DNA from: Asticcacaulis sp.
GTDB taxonomy: Bacteria; Pseudomonadota; Alphaproteobacteria; Caulobacterales; Caulobacteraceae
NCBI RefSeq assembly: GCF_051956075.1
Contig: NZ_JBQCGA010000009.1
Location: forward strand, 49,498-113,497
Length of the DNA: 64,000 bases
Reading direction: 5' to 3'
The notes below the pieces were generated by a model that searched no databases, had not been told where the DNA came from, and saw only the letters and a program-made list of their open reading frames with translations. A program made the translations under genes and the position numbers. Shown here piece by piece: positions 43,918 through 55,344 of this stretch. Within the stretch, counting starts at the first letter, position 1, and every line of letters starts with the position of its first letter.

Positions 43918-46245
43918 TTAACCGCGCGTATTGGTGGCGCGCACGTCGTAGGCGGCGAAGGTCGCCATGGTCAGGATTTTCGACACCGAATCCGACAACT
44001 GACAGATCTGCACCGGCTTGGAGAGGCCCAGCAGCAGCGGGCCGACCACGGTGGCCCCGCCCAAAGCCTCGATCAGCTTGGTCGAGATCGAGGCCGATTG
44101 GATGGCGGGCATGACCAGCACATTGGCGGGCGCGGTCAGACGCTGGAACGGATAATTGTCCCAGCGCGCCGGATCGAGCGCCACGTCGGGCGGCATGTCG
44201 CCCTCGAACTCGAAATCGACGCCGCGTTGTTCCAGCAGGGCGACCGCCTGCTTGACGCGCGCCGAACGCTCGCCCGACGGATTGCCGAAGGTCGAATAAC
44301 TCATAAAGCCGACGCGCGGCGTATGGCCCATGGCGCGCACCGCCATCGCCGCCTCAACCGCGATGTCGCCCAGTTCCTCGGGCGACGGCGTTTCGGCGAC
44401 CGTGGTGTCGGCGATGAACAGGGTGCGGCCCTTGGCCAGCACGATGGAAAGGCCCATGATGCGCCCGTCCGGCGCCGGATCGACGACGCGCAGCACGTCG
44501 GTCAGCGCTTGGTCGAAGGCGCGCGTCACGCCGGTCACCATGCCGTCGGCGTGGCCCGACACCACCATGGCGGCGGCGAAGGAGTTGCGGTCGAGATTGA
44601 TCAGGCGGTCCACATCGCGCTTCAGATAGCCGCTGCGTTGCAGGCGCGAATACAGAAGCTGGGAATAGGCGGCGTTGCGGTGTGACAGACGGGCATTGAT
44701 GATCTCTATGCCCTCTTCGGTCGGGTCGATGCCCGCGGCACGCATATTGTCCTCGATGAGGTTTTCGCGGCCGCACAGGATCGGCGTGCCCAGACCTTGC
44801 AGCTTGAAGGCGTGCGCGGCGCGGATGACGCGGATGTCCTCGCCCTCGGCGAAGACGATGCGGCGCGGCGCGCGTGAGCGCACGCTTGAGGTGATGTTCT
44901 GCAAAAAGCCCGCCGACGGATCGAGACGCTGCTCAAGCCGTTTGCGATAGGCGTCCATATCGTCGATCGGCTTGCGCGCCACGCCTGTGTTCATGGCGGC
45001 CTGCGCCACGAAGGGCGGCACGTACCAGATCAGGCGCGGATCGAAGGGCGAGGGGATGATATAGTCCTTGCCGAACTTCAGGTGGCGGCCCTGATAGGCG
45101 GCGGCGACCTCGTCCGGCACGTCTTCACGCGCCAGTTGCGCCAAGGCGCGCGCGGCGGCCAGCTTCATATCGTCATTGACGCGGCGCGCGCGCACATCCA
45201 GCGCGCCGCGGAAGATGTAGGGGAAGCACAGGACGTTATTGACCTGATTGGGATAGTCCGAGCGGCCCGTGGCGACGATGGCGTCCGAGCGCACCCTGGC
45301 CACCTCTTCCGGCGCGATTTCCGGGTCGGGATTGGCCATGGCGAAGATGATCGGGTTGGGCGCCATGGTGGCGACCATATCCGGCGTCAGCACGCCCTTG
45401 GCCGACATGCCCAGGAACACGTCCGCGCCGACCATGGCTTCGGACAGGGTGCGCTTGGGCGTATTGGTGGCGTGGACAGACTTCCACTGATCCATGTCGA
45501 TCTGACGGCCTTCATAGACGACGCCGTGAATGTCAACGACCGTAGTGTTCTCCTTGCGCACGCCCAGAGCCTTGACCAGCGACAGGGAGGACAGGCCCGC
45601 CGCGCCCGCGCCGCACAGCACGACCTTGATGTCCTCGATCGCCTTGCCGGTGATTTCCAGCGCGTTGATCAGGCCCGCCGCGCAGATGATGGCCGTGCCG
45701 TGCTGATCGTCGTGGAAGACCGGAATGTCGGCCATGTCCTGCAGAGCCGATTCGATGATGAAGCATTCCGGCGACTTGATGTCTTCGAGATTGATGCCGC
45801 CAAAGGCCGCCGTGATGTTCTTGACGACCGTGATGAATTCGTCGGGGTCTTGCGTCGCGACCTCGATATCGAAGCTGTCGATGTCGGCGAAGCGCTTGAA
45901 CAGGACGCTCTTGCCCTCCATGACCGGCTTTGAAGCCAGAGCGCCCAGATTGCCGAGGCCGAGAATCGCCGTGCCGTTCGAAATCACCGCCACCATGTTG
46001 CGTTTGGCGGTGTAATCATAGGCCGCGTCAGGGTTCTCAGCGATTTTCCGCACCGGCACGGCGACGCCCGGCGAATAGGCCAGGGCCAGGTCGCGCTGCG
46101 TCGCCATCGGCTTGGTGGGCGCGAGCGCAATCTTCCCCGGTTGCGGATACTGGTGCAGATTAAGCGCTTCTTCGTCGCTGAAGGTCTGTTTTTCGGTCGG
46201 CATTGGCTGATGACTTTCACTCGGGGCCGGTAGAGTCCGGCTCAT
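43918..46245 (-). CDS. maeB: NADP-dependent malic enzyme with PTA-like C-terminal domain
   Basis: [40 protein letters not shown]. Confidence 0.96.
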   Translation of the reverse strand: MSRTLPAPSESHQPMPTEKQTFSDEEALNLHQYPQPGKIALAPTKPMATQRDLALAYSPGVAVPVRKIAENPDAAYDYTAKRNMVAVISNGTAILGLGNLGALASKPVMEGKSVLFKRFADIDSFDIEVATQDPDEFITVVKNITAAFGGINLEDIKSPECFIIESALQDMADIPVFHDDQHGTAIICAAGLINALEITGKAIEDIKVVLCGAGAAGLSSLSLVKALGVRKENTTVVDIHGVVYEGRQIDMDQWKSVHATNTPKRTLSEAMVGADVFLGMSAKGVLTPDMVATMAPNPIIFAMANPDPEIAPEEVARVRSDAIVATGRSDYPNQVNNVLCFPYIFRGALDVRARRVNDDMKLAAARALAQLAREDVPDEVAAAYQGRHLKFGKDYIIPSPFDPRLIWYVPPFVAQAAMNTGVARKPIDDMDAYRKRLEQRLDPSAGFLQNITSSVRSRAPRRIVFAEGEDIRVIRAAHAFKLQGLGTPILCGRENLIEDNMRAAGIDPTEEGIEIINARLSHRNAAYSQLLYSRLQRSGYLKRDVDRLINLDRNSFAAAMVVSGHADGMVTGVTRAFDQALTDVLRVVDPAPDGRIMGLSIVLAKGRTLFIADTTVAETPSPEELGDIAVEAAMAVRAMGHTPRVGFMSYSTFGNPSGERSARVKQAVALLEQRGVDFEFEGDMPPDVALDPARWDNYPFQRLTAPANVLVMPAIQSASISTKLIEALGGATVVGPLLLGLSKPVQICQLSDSVSKILTMATFAAYDVRATNTRG

Positions 46246-46485
46246 GATTTTGTATGATAATAACGGGCGTTTTGCGGCTAAGTCTTAGAGCAAGATCAAG
46301 GGGTTATAAAGGCACTAAATCTTACAAAAGGTTTCTTTTACCGCCCGTTCAAGACCAAACCTTCCCTAGAGGGAATTAAATTGTCTTACAAGTCTTGCGG
46401 CGCGCATTCTCTCCCCTGTGTTTTGCACATATTCCCTATGGCGCGCCCCTTTCCGTCAAGGTTAACACAGGTTAACGTGACGCGC

Positions 46486-49197
46486 ATGAACGCTTCGCAA
46501 ACCCTCGCTGAACCCGTCCTCGATCTGGAAGGCGCCACGCCCGTCATGGCGCAGTACCTGCAAACCAAGGCGCAGCACCCTGACGCGCTTTTGTTTTTCC
46601 GCATGGGCGATTTCTACGAGCTGTTCTTCGAGGACGCGGTGACGGCGGCGCAGGCCCTGTCGCTGGCCCTGACCAAGCGCGGCCAGTTCAAGGGCGAGGA
46701 CATTCCTCTGGCCGGGGTGCCGTTCCACGCCGCCGACGCCTATATCGCCAAGCTGATCCGGCAGGGTTTTCGCGTGGCGGTGTGCGAGCAGCTTGAAGAC
46801 CCGGCGGAGGCGAAGAAGCGCGGCTCCAAGTCGGTGGTCAAACGCGGCATTGTGCGCGTCGTGACGCCCGGCACCCTGACCGAGGAGACTCTGCTGGAAG
46901 AACGCGGCGCCAACCGTCTGGTCTCTATCGCATCGCGGGGCGGACGTGTAGCGCTGGGCATGGTTGAGCTGTCCACCGGCGATGTCGAAGTCGCCGAGAT
47001 CGCGCCGGAGCAGATCCCTGCGCAACTGGCGGCTTTGCGACCGTCGGAAAGTCTGATTGCCGATCGGGTGTTGCAGGACGAAGACCTCTACGCGCAGGTC
47101 AAACTCTATGGCGGCGTGGTTCAGCCGCAGGCGCCGTCCCTGTCCGACCCTGCGGCGGGCGAGGCGCGGCTTTTAAAGCTTTACGGCGTGCAGACGCTTG
47201 ACGGTTTCGGCGCCTTTTCGTCGGCGGAAATTTCGGCGCTTGGCATGCTGGCCGCCTATATCGACGTCACCCAGGCAGGGAAAATTCCGGCGTTGAAGCC
47301 GCCCGCGCGCGTCATTTCCAACAACCACCTCAGCATCGACGCCGCCACGCGCAATTCTCTGGAGATCGACCGCACGCAACAGGGCCGCCGCGAGGGCAGT
47401 CTGATCGCCGCCCTGGACGGCACCGTCACCTCGGCGGGCGGGCGGCTCCTCCTGTCGCGGCTGTCGCGGCCCTTAAGTCAGCCCGATCTGATCAACGCCC
47501 GGCTGGATACGGTCGCCTGGCTGATCGAGCGCCGCGATCTGCGTAACGCCTTGCGCCAGCAGATGCGCGCTCTTTCCGATCAGGCGCGCGCCCTGTCGCG
47601 TCTGTCGTTGAACCGCGGCGGGCCGCGCGATCTGGTGGTGATCCGCGAGGCTTTGGGCATCGGCGAACATCTCGCCGCCCTCCTGAACGACGCCTGCCAT
47701 CAGTCGCATCCCGATCTGATCGCCTCATGCCCGTCCGAGATCGAGACCATCATGTCGGCCCTGATCCCGTCGCCGCCGCTCAGCGCCCTGCGCGACCGGC
47801 TGACGCGCGCCGTGGTCGATGAACCCTCGCTGTCCTTACGCGACGGCGGTTATGTCCGCGAAGGCTTCAGCGCCGATCTCGACGAAGCGCGCGCGCTTCG
47901 CGACGACAGCCGACAGGTCATTCTGGCGCTGGAGCAGAGGCTGGCCGCCGAGACGGGGATCGCCATCCGCATCAAGTTCAACAATGTGCTCGGCTATTTC
48001 ATCGAACTGTCCAGCAAACTGGCCGAACAGCTACAGGCGCAGGATGCGCAAAAGCAATTCATCCACCGTCAGAGTCTGGCCAATCAGGTGCGTTTCGTCA
48101 CCACCGAACTGGTCGAACTGGACGGACGCATCCAGCGCGCGGCGTCGCAGGGTCTGGCGCTGGAACAGGAGATTTTCGAGACCTTGCGCGATGAGGTCCG
48201 CGCCAACGCCGCCGGGATTCAGGCCGCGCACGACGCCATCTGCGCGCTCGACGTCGCCTGCGGCAACGCCCACTGGGCTGAAGACCATGACGCGACGCGG
48301 CCCGTCATTGACGATTCCACAGTTCTGGAGATTTCGAGGGGACGCCATCCGGTCGTGGCGGCGGCGCTGCGGGCGCAGGGCAAGCCGTTCACGCCCAACG
48401 ATGTCGAACTGGACGCCTCGGGCGAAACCGCCCCGCGCCTCAGCCTCGTCACCGGCCCGAACATGGCCGGTAAATCGACCTATCTGCGGCAGAACGCGCT
48501 GCTGATCATCATGGCGCAGGCGGGTCTGTTCGTCCCGGCCAAGGCCATGCGGCTTGGCGTGGTCGACCGATTGTTCTCGCGCGTCGGCGCGGGCGACGAT
48601 CTGGCGCAGGGGCGCTCGACCTTCATGATGGAAATGGTCGAGACCGCCGCCATCCTGTCGCAGGCCACGCAGCGCTCCTTTGTGGTGCTGGACGAGATCG
48701 GGCGCGGCACGGCCACCTATGACGGCCTGGCCATCGCCTGGGCCTGCACCGAGCACCTGCACGAGGTCATCGGCGCGCGCACCCTGTTCGCCACCCCTTA
48801 TCACGAACTGTCCGATCTCGAACAACGTCTGGCGCATGTCAGCAATCTCAGCCTGACCGCGCGCGAACATAATGGCGAGCTGATCTTTCTGCACGAGGCG
48901 AAAAAAGGCGCCGCCGACCGCTCCTATGGCGTGCAGGTGGCGCGGCTGGCCGGGATGCCGGGCCATGTGGTCGAGCGCGCGCGCGACATTCTGCACCGGC
49001 TGGAGGCGGACAACCACACCGAATTGCGCCTCGACGACCTGCCGCTGTTTTCGCAGGTCGCGGCGCCCATAGCGGTCACGCGCGACCTTTCAAAGGCGGA
49101 AACCCTGCTCAAAAGTCTCAATCCGGACGATTTAAGTCCGAAAGAGGCTCTTGAACTCATCTATAATTTACACAAATTGGTTAAGGACGGGGGTTAG
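46486..49197 (+). CDS. mutS: DNA mismatch repair protein MutS
   Basis: RMGDFYELF, TGPNMAGKSTY, STFMMEM, LDEIGRGT; H-loop reads FATPY instead of FATHY. Confidence 0.97.
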   Translation: MNASQTLAEPVLDLEGATPVMAQYLQTKAQHPDALLFFRMGDFYELFFEDAVTAAQALSLALTKRGQFKGEDIPLAGVPFHAADAYIAKLIRQGFRVAVCEQLEDPAEAKKRGSKSVVKRGIVRVVTPGTLTEETLLEERGANRLVSIASRGGRVALGMVELSTGDVEVAEIAPEQIPAQLAALRPSESLIADRVLQDEDLYAQVKLYGGVVQPQAPSLSDPAAGEARLLKLYGVQTLDGFGAFSSAEISALGMLAAYIDVTQAGKIPALKPPARVISNNHLSIDAATRNSLEIDRTQQGRREGSLIAALDGTVTSAGGRLLLSRLSRPLSQPDLINARLDTVAWLIERRDLRNALRQQMRALSDQARALSRLSLNRGGPRDLVVIREALGIGEHLAALLNDACHQSHPDLIASCPSEIETIMSALIPSPPLSALRDRLTRAVVDEPSLSLRDGGYVREGFSADLDEARALRDDSRQVILALEQRLAAETGIAIRIKFNNVLGYFIELSSKLAEQLQAQDAQKQFIHRQSLANQVRFVTTELVELDGRIQRAASQGLALEQEIFETLRDEVRANAAGIQAAHDAICALDVACGNAHWAEDHDATRPVIDDSTVLEISRGRHPVVAAALRAQGKPFTPNDVELDASGETAPRLSLVTGPNMAGKSTYLRQNALLIIMAQAGLFVPAKAMRLGVVDRLFSRVGAGDDLAQGRSTFMMEMVETAAILSQATQRSFVVLDEIGRGTATYDGLAIAWACTEHLHEVIGARTLFATPYHELSDLEQRLAHVSNLSLTAREHNGELIFLHEAKKGAADRSYGVQVARLAGMPGHVVERARDILHRLEADNHTELRLDDLPLFSQVAAPIAVTRDLSKAETLLKSLNPDDLSPKEALELIYNLHKLVKDGG

Positions 49198-49213
49198 GTT
49201 TCAAGCGTCCTTC

Positions 49214-52048
49214 ATGAGCGATCTCCTCCCCATGCTCAATCAGACCCATCCCAACGCCCCGGCCTACCGGATCGACGGCGCGCAACTGCGTCAGGCCCTG
49301 ACCGCGGCCTATGAAGAGTCGAATGGCGATACGCTCGATCTGCGCCGTCGCGCTGTGGCGATTCTGAAAGAGTCATGGGATCTGGCGCGCGCCGCCCTGT
49401 TCGACCGCATCGACGAGCAAAAGGGCGGCACCAGCACGGCGCGCGCTTTGGCCAAATGCGCCGACGAAATCGTCTCGGCCCTGTGGGATTTCACGCTCAC
49501 CCACGTCTATCGCGCACGCAATCCGACCGAAGGCGAACGTCTGGCCCTGCTGGCGGTCGGCGGCTATGGGCGCGGCGAGCTGGCGCCGTTTTCCGATCTT
49601 GATCTTCTGTTCCTGCGCGCCGGGAAGGAGACGCCGCACTCCGAATCGGTGATCGAGTTCATCCTCTATACGCTGTGGGATCTCGGCCTGAAGGTCGGCC
49701 ACGCCTCGCGCACGCTTGATGAGGCGATCAGATACGCCAAGGGCGATCACACCATCATGACCGCGCTTTTAGAGCATCGCCGCATCGCGGGCGACAAGGC
49801 GCTGGTGCAGGATTTCGACGACAAGCTGGCGAAGGACGGGCTGAAAACCGCCGCCTTCGACTTCGTCGCCGCCAAGCTGGAGGAACGCGACGCGCGCCAC
49901 GTCAAGGCCGGCGCCACGCGTTTCGTCGTCGAACCGAACCTGAAAGAGGGTAAGGGGGGCTTGCGCGACCTGCACACCCTGTTCTGGATCGCCAGATACC
50001 TGTCAGGCGAGGCGGCCAAGTCCAGAGGCGGCTGGGGCGCGCTCGACGCTATCCTGACCGATAAGGAGCGCGGCGTCTTCAAACGCGCCTTCGACTTTCT
50101 GTGGAAGGTGCGCATCCTGGTCCATATCGTCTCCGGGCGCGCCGAGGAGCGCCTGAGCTTCGATCTGCAACCGGAAATCGCCCGTCGCATGGGCTTTATG
50201 GACCGCAATGGCGAGCCGAATGTCGAGCGCTTCATGCGCCGCTACTTCATCACCGCCAAGGAGGTCGGCGCTCTAACGCGCGCCTTCTGCGCCAAGCTGG
50301 AGGAGCAACGCGCCAAGCCGCTGGCCCGTCTGTCCAGCCTGATCCAGTCGGGGCTGATGAATCTGACGCGCGCCGATCATCCGGGCTTTGTCGTGGTTGG
50401 CGGGCGCTTAAGCGTTCAGTCGCCGGACATTTTCGTCAAATCGCCGGTGGCGATGTTCCTGCTGTTCAAGATGGCGGACCGGCTGGAAATCGACCTGCAC
50501 CCGGACGCCTTCACCGCCATTGCGCGCCATCTCGACCTGATCACGCCGTCCTTGCGCCGCAACGCCGAGGCGTCGCGCCTGTTTCTCGATCTTCTGGTGC
50601 GCGGCAAGACTCCGTACCGGACCTTGAGCCTGATGGCGGAGACGGGGCTGCTGGGCCGGTATATCCCCGAATTCGGCCGCATCGTCGCCCAGACCCAGTT
50701 CAACATGTATCACGCCTATACGGTCGACGAGCACACCCTGCGCGCCATCGACATCATTCACGGCATAGATACCGGACGTTATCGCGACGATCATCCACTG
50801 GCCACCTCAATCATGCCGCATCTTGCCGACAAGGAGACCCTCTATCTGGCCATGCTGCTGCACGACACCGGCAAGGGCGGCGAGGACGGGCAGGAGATCG
50901 GCGGCGAGATCGCGGCGCGCAAGGCGTGCGAGCGGCTGGGCCTGGAAGACTGGAAGGTCGAGCAGGTCGCCTGGCTGGTGCGCCACCACCTCGTCCTCAG
51001 CGACTATGCGCAGAAACGCGACGTTTCCGATCCAGAGACGGTCGCGGCCTTTGCGCGCATCGTCGAAACGCCGGAGCGCCTGCGCCAATTGCTGATCCTG
51101 ACCGTAGCCGACATCCGCGCCGTCGGGCCGGGCGTGTGGAACGGCTGGAAGGGCCAGTTGATGCGCGACCTGTTCGCGGCGACCGAAAGCGCGTTTCGCG
51201 GCGGGCGCAATTCCGACGCTCTGAGCGGCATCCGCGAAGAACTCAACGAACGCGCCGAGGCGCGCCGCGCCATCCTGTCGGACGACAAGACCGATATGGC
51301 GATCTGGCTGGCGACCATGGACGACACCTATCTGTTCTCTTTCACCCCGGATGAAATCCGTCAGCACGCCGCTCTGGTGTGGTCGAGCTTTGAGTCCGAG
51401 CCGGCGGTCAAGGCGCATATCGACGCGCAGCGCAACGCCACCGCCTTCCTGATCTCCGCCGACGACCGGCCCGGCCTGTTCGCCGATGTGTCGCGCGCCT
51501 TCGCCAATTTAGGCGGCAATGTCGTCGGCGCGCAGGTCTATACGTCGAAGACGGGGCACGCGCTTGACATCATTTACGTACAGGACGCGCAAGGCCTGCC
51601 GTTCGGCCATGACGACGCGGCGCGCGTGAAAGACGCCGAGACTCAGCTTGAGGCCGCCGCCAAGGGCCAGTTGCCGCCCGCCGTGCGCTGGACGTCGAGT
51701 CTGGCCAATCGCGCCGCCGCCTTCGCCATCGCGCCGACCGTGACCTTTGACGACGACGCCAACGCCGCCGCCACCATTGTCGAGGTGTCGGGCCGCGACC
51801 GTCCGGGCCTGCTGGCCGACATTGTCGAAGCCATCGCCAAGGCGCATCTCGACATCGCGTCGGCGCACATCGACTGTTACGGCGAGCGCGCGGTGGACGC
51901 CTTCTATGTCACCGACCATTTCCGTAAGGCGCAATTGTCCGGCGGGCAGAAACAGGCTTTGAAAAAGGCGTTGCTGGCTGTGCTGGATCAGGCGCCTGTC
52001 GCGCCCAAGCGTCATCTGGCGCGCGCCCGCGCCTCCACAGCCCGCTGA
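49214..52048 (+). CDS. glnD: [Protein-PII] uridylyltransferase
   Basis: GGYGRGELAPFSDLDL, EPNLKEGKGGLRD, HD domain, two ACT domains (DRPGL). Confidence 0.98.
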   Translation: MSDLLPMLNQTHPNAPAYRIDGAQLRQALTAAYEESNGDTLDLRRRAVAILKESWDLARAALFDRIDEQKGGTSTARALAKCADEIVSALWDFTLTHVYRARNPTEGERLALLAVGGYGRGELAPFSDLDLLFLRAGKETPHSESVIEFILYTLWDLGLKVGHASRTLDEAIRYAKGDHTIMTALLEHRRIAGDKALVQDFDDKLAKDGLKTAAFDFVAAKLEERDARHVKAGATRFVVEPNLKEGKGGLRDLHTLFWIARYLSGEAAKSRGGWGALDAILTDKERGVFKRAFDFLWKVRILVHIVSGRAEERLSFDLQPEIARRMGFMDRNGEPNVERFMRRYFITAKEVGALTRAFCAKLEEQRAKPLARLSSLIQSGLMNLTRADHPGFVVVGGRLSVQSPDIFVKSPVAMFLLFKMADRLEIDLHPDAFTAIARHLDLITPSLRRNAEASRLFLDLLVRGKTPYRTLSLMAETGLLGRYIPEFGRIVAQTQFNMYHAYTVDEHTLRAIDIIHGIDTGRYRDDHPLATSIMPHLADKETLYLAMLLHDTGKGGEDGQEIGGEIAARKACERLGLEDWKVEQVAWLVRHHLVLSDYAQKRDVSDPETVAAFARIVETPERLRQLLILTVADIRAVGPGVWNGWKGQLMRDLFAATESAFRGGRNSDALSGIREELNERAEARRAILSDDKTDMAIWLATMDDTYLFSFTPDEIRQHAALVWSSFESEPAVKAHIDAQRNATAFLISADDRPGLFADVSRAFANLGGNVVGAQVYTSKTGHALDIIYVQDAQGLPFGHDDAARVKDAETQLEAAAKGQLPPAVRWTSSLANRAAAFAIAPTVTFDDDANAAATIVEVSGRDRPGLLADIVEAIAKAHLDIASAHIDCYGERAVDAFYVTDHFRKAQLSGGQKQALKKALLAVLDQAPVAPKRHLARARASTAR

Positions 52049-52771
52049 CTATTTGTGATGATCGGCGTAAGGATGCGCCGCCGACGGCAGGATGATATTG
52101 TGGGTGATCTCGCTGACCGCCGAGATGATGATCTGCACCGACAGTGCGCACAGGATCAGACCCAGCACGCGCACCACCACCACCATGCCGACGCGCCCGA
52201 ACAGGCGTGAGATTGAGTTGGAGAACAAAAGCGTGACCAGAATCGCCGCCGCCGTGGTCAGGATCGCCGCGACGCCGACGGCATAGCCGACCAGACCGAA
52301 ATCCTTGGCGAAACCGGCTTGAATCACCACGGTCGAAATGGTGCCGGGGCCAACCATGAGCGGAAAGGCGAAGGGCACGACCAGCTTTTCGAAGCTTTTT
52401 TTGGCGCTCTCGCGATGGCCGAGCGGCTTGACGCCGATGGCGTCGCCGCCCTCTTTAACCTCCTCAGCGTGGCTGAAGGTTTCCAGAAAATCGCCGCGCG
52501 CCATGTCCAGCCCCATCAGGAACAGCAGAAGACCGCCCGCAATGCGGAAGGCGTCCATGGAAATACCGAAGAATTTCAGGATGTTCAGGCCCGCGAAAAA
52601 GAACAGAGTCAGGATGAGGGCGGTGAAGATCGAGATATAGATGGACAGCCAGCGCCGCGAGGACGGGCTCTGGCTCTGGGTCGCCGCCGCATAGATGGGG
52701 ACATTGCCGATCGGGTCGATCAGCGCGAAAAGCGTAATGAAGAAGTTGACGTAGAACGCAACGAGGGTCAT
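52049..52771 (-). CDS. MarC family membrane protein
   Basis: LFALIDPIGNVP, FRIAGGLLL, PFAFPLMVGPG, RVLGLIL. Confidence 0.92.
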   Translation of the reverse strand: MTLVAFYVNFFITLFALIDPIGNVPIYAAATQSQSPSSRRWLSIYISIFTALILTLFFFAGLNILKFFGISMDAFRIAGGLLLFLMGLDMARGDFLETFSHAEEVKEGGDAIGVKPLGHRESAKKSFEKLVVPFAFPLMVGPGTISTVVIQAGFAKDFGLVGYAVGVAAILTTAAAILVTLLFSNSISRLFGRVGMVVVVRVLGLILCALSVQIIISAVSEITHNIILPSAAHPYADHHK

Positions 52772-52850
52772 GAGACGCTTCTGCTGGCTGAGAGGTGACG
52801 ACTCACCCTTGATACCACAGCCTCCGTTACAGTTGAAACCGGGAAGTCCC

Positions 52851-53561
52851 ATGACCTTCAAAGCCGATCCGCGCCTGATCGTGGCGCTCGACGAACCGAA
52901 CCTTGAAGCGGCGCGCGCCCTGATCGCGACGCTGGGCGACATGGTCAGCTTCTACAAGATCGGCCTGACCCTGCTGGCGCAGAATGACGCAAAGGGCGGT
53001 GGGCTGGCGCTGTGCGAAGACCTGGCGGCGGACGGACGCATGATCTTTCAGGACTGGAAGCTGCACGATATCGGCGCGCAGGTTGAGGGCGCGGCGCGCG
53101 CGGCCTCATCGGGCGCCTGTCATCTGCTGACCGTCCACGCCGAGCCGCAGGTGATGAAGGCCGCCGTCGCGGGGCGTGACAATCCCGATTGCAAGATTAT
53201 CGGCGTGACGGTGCTGACCAGTCTGAACCAGGGCGATCTCGATGAGATGGGCTATGGACTGGACCTGCGCGACCTGATTATGCGCCGCGTCGATCAGGCG
53301 GTGGCCTGCGGGCTTGACGGCGTGGTCGCCAGCCCTCAGGAGGCCGAAATGATCCGCGCGCGTGTGCCGGAAGACTTCCTGATCGTAACGCCCGGCGTGC
53401 GCCCGGTTGGCGCGGCGCTCGACGATCAGCAGCGCGTGGCGACGCCGCAGGAAGCCCTGCTCAACGGCGCCTCGCATGTCGTGGTCGGGCGTCCGATCAC
53501 CCGCGCGCCGGACCCGCGCGAAGCCGCCCAGAACATTCTGGCGGCGATCCATAACGTCTAG
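52851..53561 (+). CDS. pyrF: Orotidine-5'-phosphate decarboxylase
   Basis: LIVALD, DWKLHDIG, VTVLTS, TPGVRP, VVGRPIT. Confidence 0.97.
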   Translation: MTFKADPRLIVALDEPNLEAARALIATLGDMVSFYKIGLTLLAQNDAKGGGLALCEDLAADGRMIFQDWKLHDIGAQVEGAARAASSGACHLLTVHAEPQVMKAAVAGRDNPDCKIIGVTVLTSLNQGDLDEMGYGLDLRDLIMRRVDQAVACGLDGVVASPQEAEMIRARVPEDFLIVTPGVRPVGAALDDQQRVATPQEALLNGASHVVVGRPITRAPDPREAAQNILAAIHNV

Positions 53562-53625
53562 AGTGTTTGCTTTGTCGCTCTTCCTAACCCAAAAAGTGGA
53601 ACCACTTTTTGGGGAAACGCTTTAA
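53558..53625. repeat. Palindromic intergenic repeat, partial copy
   Basis: Lacks the first hairpin; retains tttgctttgtcgctcttcct..CCAAAAAGTGGAACCACTTTTTGGGGAAACGCT. Confidence 0.85.
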
Positions 53626-53834
53626 AAATCGACCGCGATCCCTTTACGCTCCCAGTCGCCATAGCGCGTCGGCTCCGGGCCGTCGGGGCCGCCTTCTTCC
53701 TTCGCGCGCTGCGCCTCAGCCTCAGCCTTCGCGCGGCGCTCGGCGGCCTCGGCCAGAGCGCGCTGCGCCTCGGGCGTCAGAACCTTTTTCGGTTCGAGCG
53801 CGGACAGGTCATCTGGGGCGGCGGCGTCGGTCAT
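53622..53834 (-). CDS. DUF1674 / SdhAF4-like small protein
   Basis: EEGGPDGPEPTRYGDWERKG.AVDF. Confidence 0.9.
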   Translation of the reverse strand: MTDAAAPDDLSALEPKKVLTPEAQRALAEAAERRAKAEAEAQRAKEEGGPDGPEPTRYGDWERKGIAVDF

Positions 53835-53925
53835 AGGCGGATTTTAAGGCCGCCCGCGCATGGACTCAAGCGGTAAAAGCGCTTATGACGCGCGGCTTCC
53901 TTCCCAGCATCTTCGAGCCCGCATC

Positions 53926-55263
53926 ATGTCCAAGCCCGACACATCCGAATCGCCCGACATCGGCATGAAGGCGCGCATCGCCGCGCTCGACCTGATCCGC
54001 GCCGCGCAAGCCAAGCGCTCCGGCTTCGATGAAGCGGTGGCCAATCCGGCCTTTCTGGCGCTGAGCGAAGGCGAACGCAGTTTCGCGCGCGCCATGGCGC
54101 TGCTGCTGCTGCGTCGCCTCGGCCAGATCGACCATGTGATCGACAAACGCCTGAAAAAAGAGCCGAACGATGAGGTCATCGACCTGTTGCGGCTGGGCCT
54201 TGTGCAGATCGGCTATATGAATGTCCCGGACTTCGCCGCCGTCTCAACCACGGTCAAGCTGGCCGAACGCACCAATGCGACGCGGCCCTATAAGGGTCTG
54301 ATCAACGCCATCCTGCGCGGCGTTTTGCGTGACCGTGCGGCGGGCCGCGACCCGCTGACGAAGCCGGACGCGACGAAGCTGGTTCCCGACTGGCTGTTTC
54401 AGCGCTGGAAGATCGCCTATGGCGAGGATGAGGCGCGCGGCATGGCGCTGGTCCTGACCGAGGAGCCCGCCACCGATCTCAGCTTCAAGACGGCCCCGGA
54501 CATGGCGCGGTTACAGGAGGCTTTGCAGGGCGAAGCGTTGGCGCCAAGCGTCCTGCGCAGTTCTTTGCGCGGCGATGTGCGCGACTGGGCGGGCTATGGC
54601 GAAGGCGTGTGGTGGGTGCAGGACGCCTCGGCCTCCACGCCGGTCAACCTGCTTGGCGACCTTACGGATAAGACCGTCATCGACCTGTGCGCCGCGCCGG
54701 GGGGCAAGACGCTGCAACTGCTGGCGGCGGGCGCGACGGTAGTCGCGCTCGACCGCTCGAAGAACCGGCTCAAGCGCATTGATGAGAATCTCGCGCGTAT
54801 CGGCTATCAGGCCGAACTGCATATGGCCGACGCTGAAGGCTTCGACGATTCCAGAAAGTTCGACATTGTTCTGCTCGACGCGCCGTGCAGCGCCACCGGC
54901 ACCTATCGCCGCCAGCCCGACGTGCTGTGGGCGACGCGACCGGCTGATATCGCCAAGCTGGCCGACGTCCAGCATCGCCTGCTCGACTCGGCGGCGGACC
55001 GCGTCGCCAATGGTGGCGAGCTGGTCTATTGCACCTGCTCGCTGGAACGTGAGGAGGGCGAGACGCAGGTGCTGGCCTTCCTGCGCCGTCATAAGGATTT
55101 CGAGCTGGTGAAGATGACGCCGGAAGACGCTGCTGCGCATGGCGCTCCCGCGGCCAGCGTGCGCCCGGAAGGCTGGCTGCGTCTTCTGCCGCATCAGCGC
55201 TCCGGCGGTCAGGACGGTTTCTTTATCGCGCGGTTGAAACGGAGCCCCAGCCGTCAGGGATGA
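53926..55263 (+). CDS. rsmB: RsmB/NOP-family RNA m5C methyltransferase with NusB-like N-terminus
   Basis: INAILR, VQDASA, DLCAAPGGKT, LDAPCSATG, YCTCSLE, DGFFIA. Confidence 0.9.
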   Translation: MSKPDTSESPDIGMKARIAALDLIRAAQAKRSGFDEAVANPAFLALSEGERSFARAMALLLLRRLGQIDHVIDKRLKKEPNDEVIDLLRLGLVQIGYMNVPDFAAVSTTVKLAERTNATRPYKGLINAILRGVLRDRAAGRDPLTKPDATKLVPDWLFQRWKIAYGEDEARGMALVLTEEPATDLSFKTAPDMARLQEALQGEALAPSVLRSSLRGDVRDWAGYGEGVWWVQDASASTPVNLLGDLTDKTVIDLCAAPGGKTLQLLAAGATVVALDRSKNRLKRIDENLARIGYQAELHMADAEGFDDSRKFDIVLLDAPCSATGTYRRQPDVLWATRPADIAKLADVQHRLLDSAADRVANGGELVYCTCSLEREEGETQVLAFLRRHKDFELVKMTPEDAAAHGAPAASVRPEGWLRLLPHQRSGGQDGFFIARLKRSPSRQG

Positions 55264-55344
55264 TGTCCGGGGCAAAAAATCATTTCCACCGCAACCGGAA
55301 TGCGCCTAGTCTCCGCTCCCCCGCACAGGAGCCGACCGCGCATA

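Noticed and set aside
46461-46476. GTTAAC-acag-GTTAAC upstream of mutS as a CtrA site
   Set aside because: The TTAA half-sites are separated by 6 nt rather than 7
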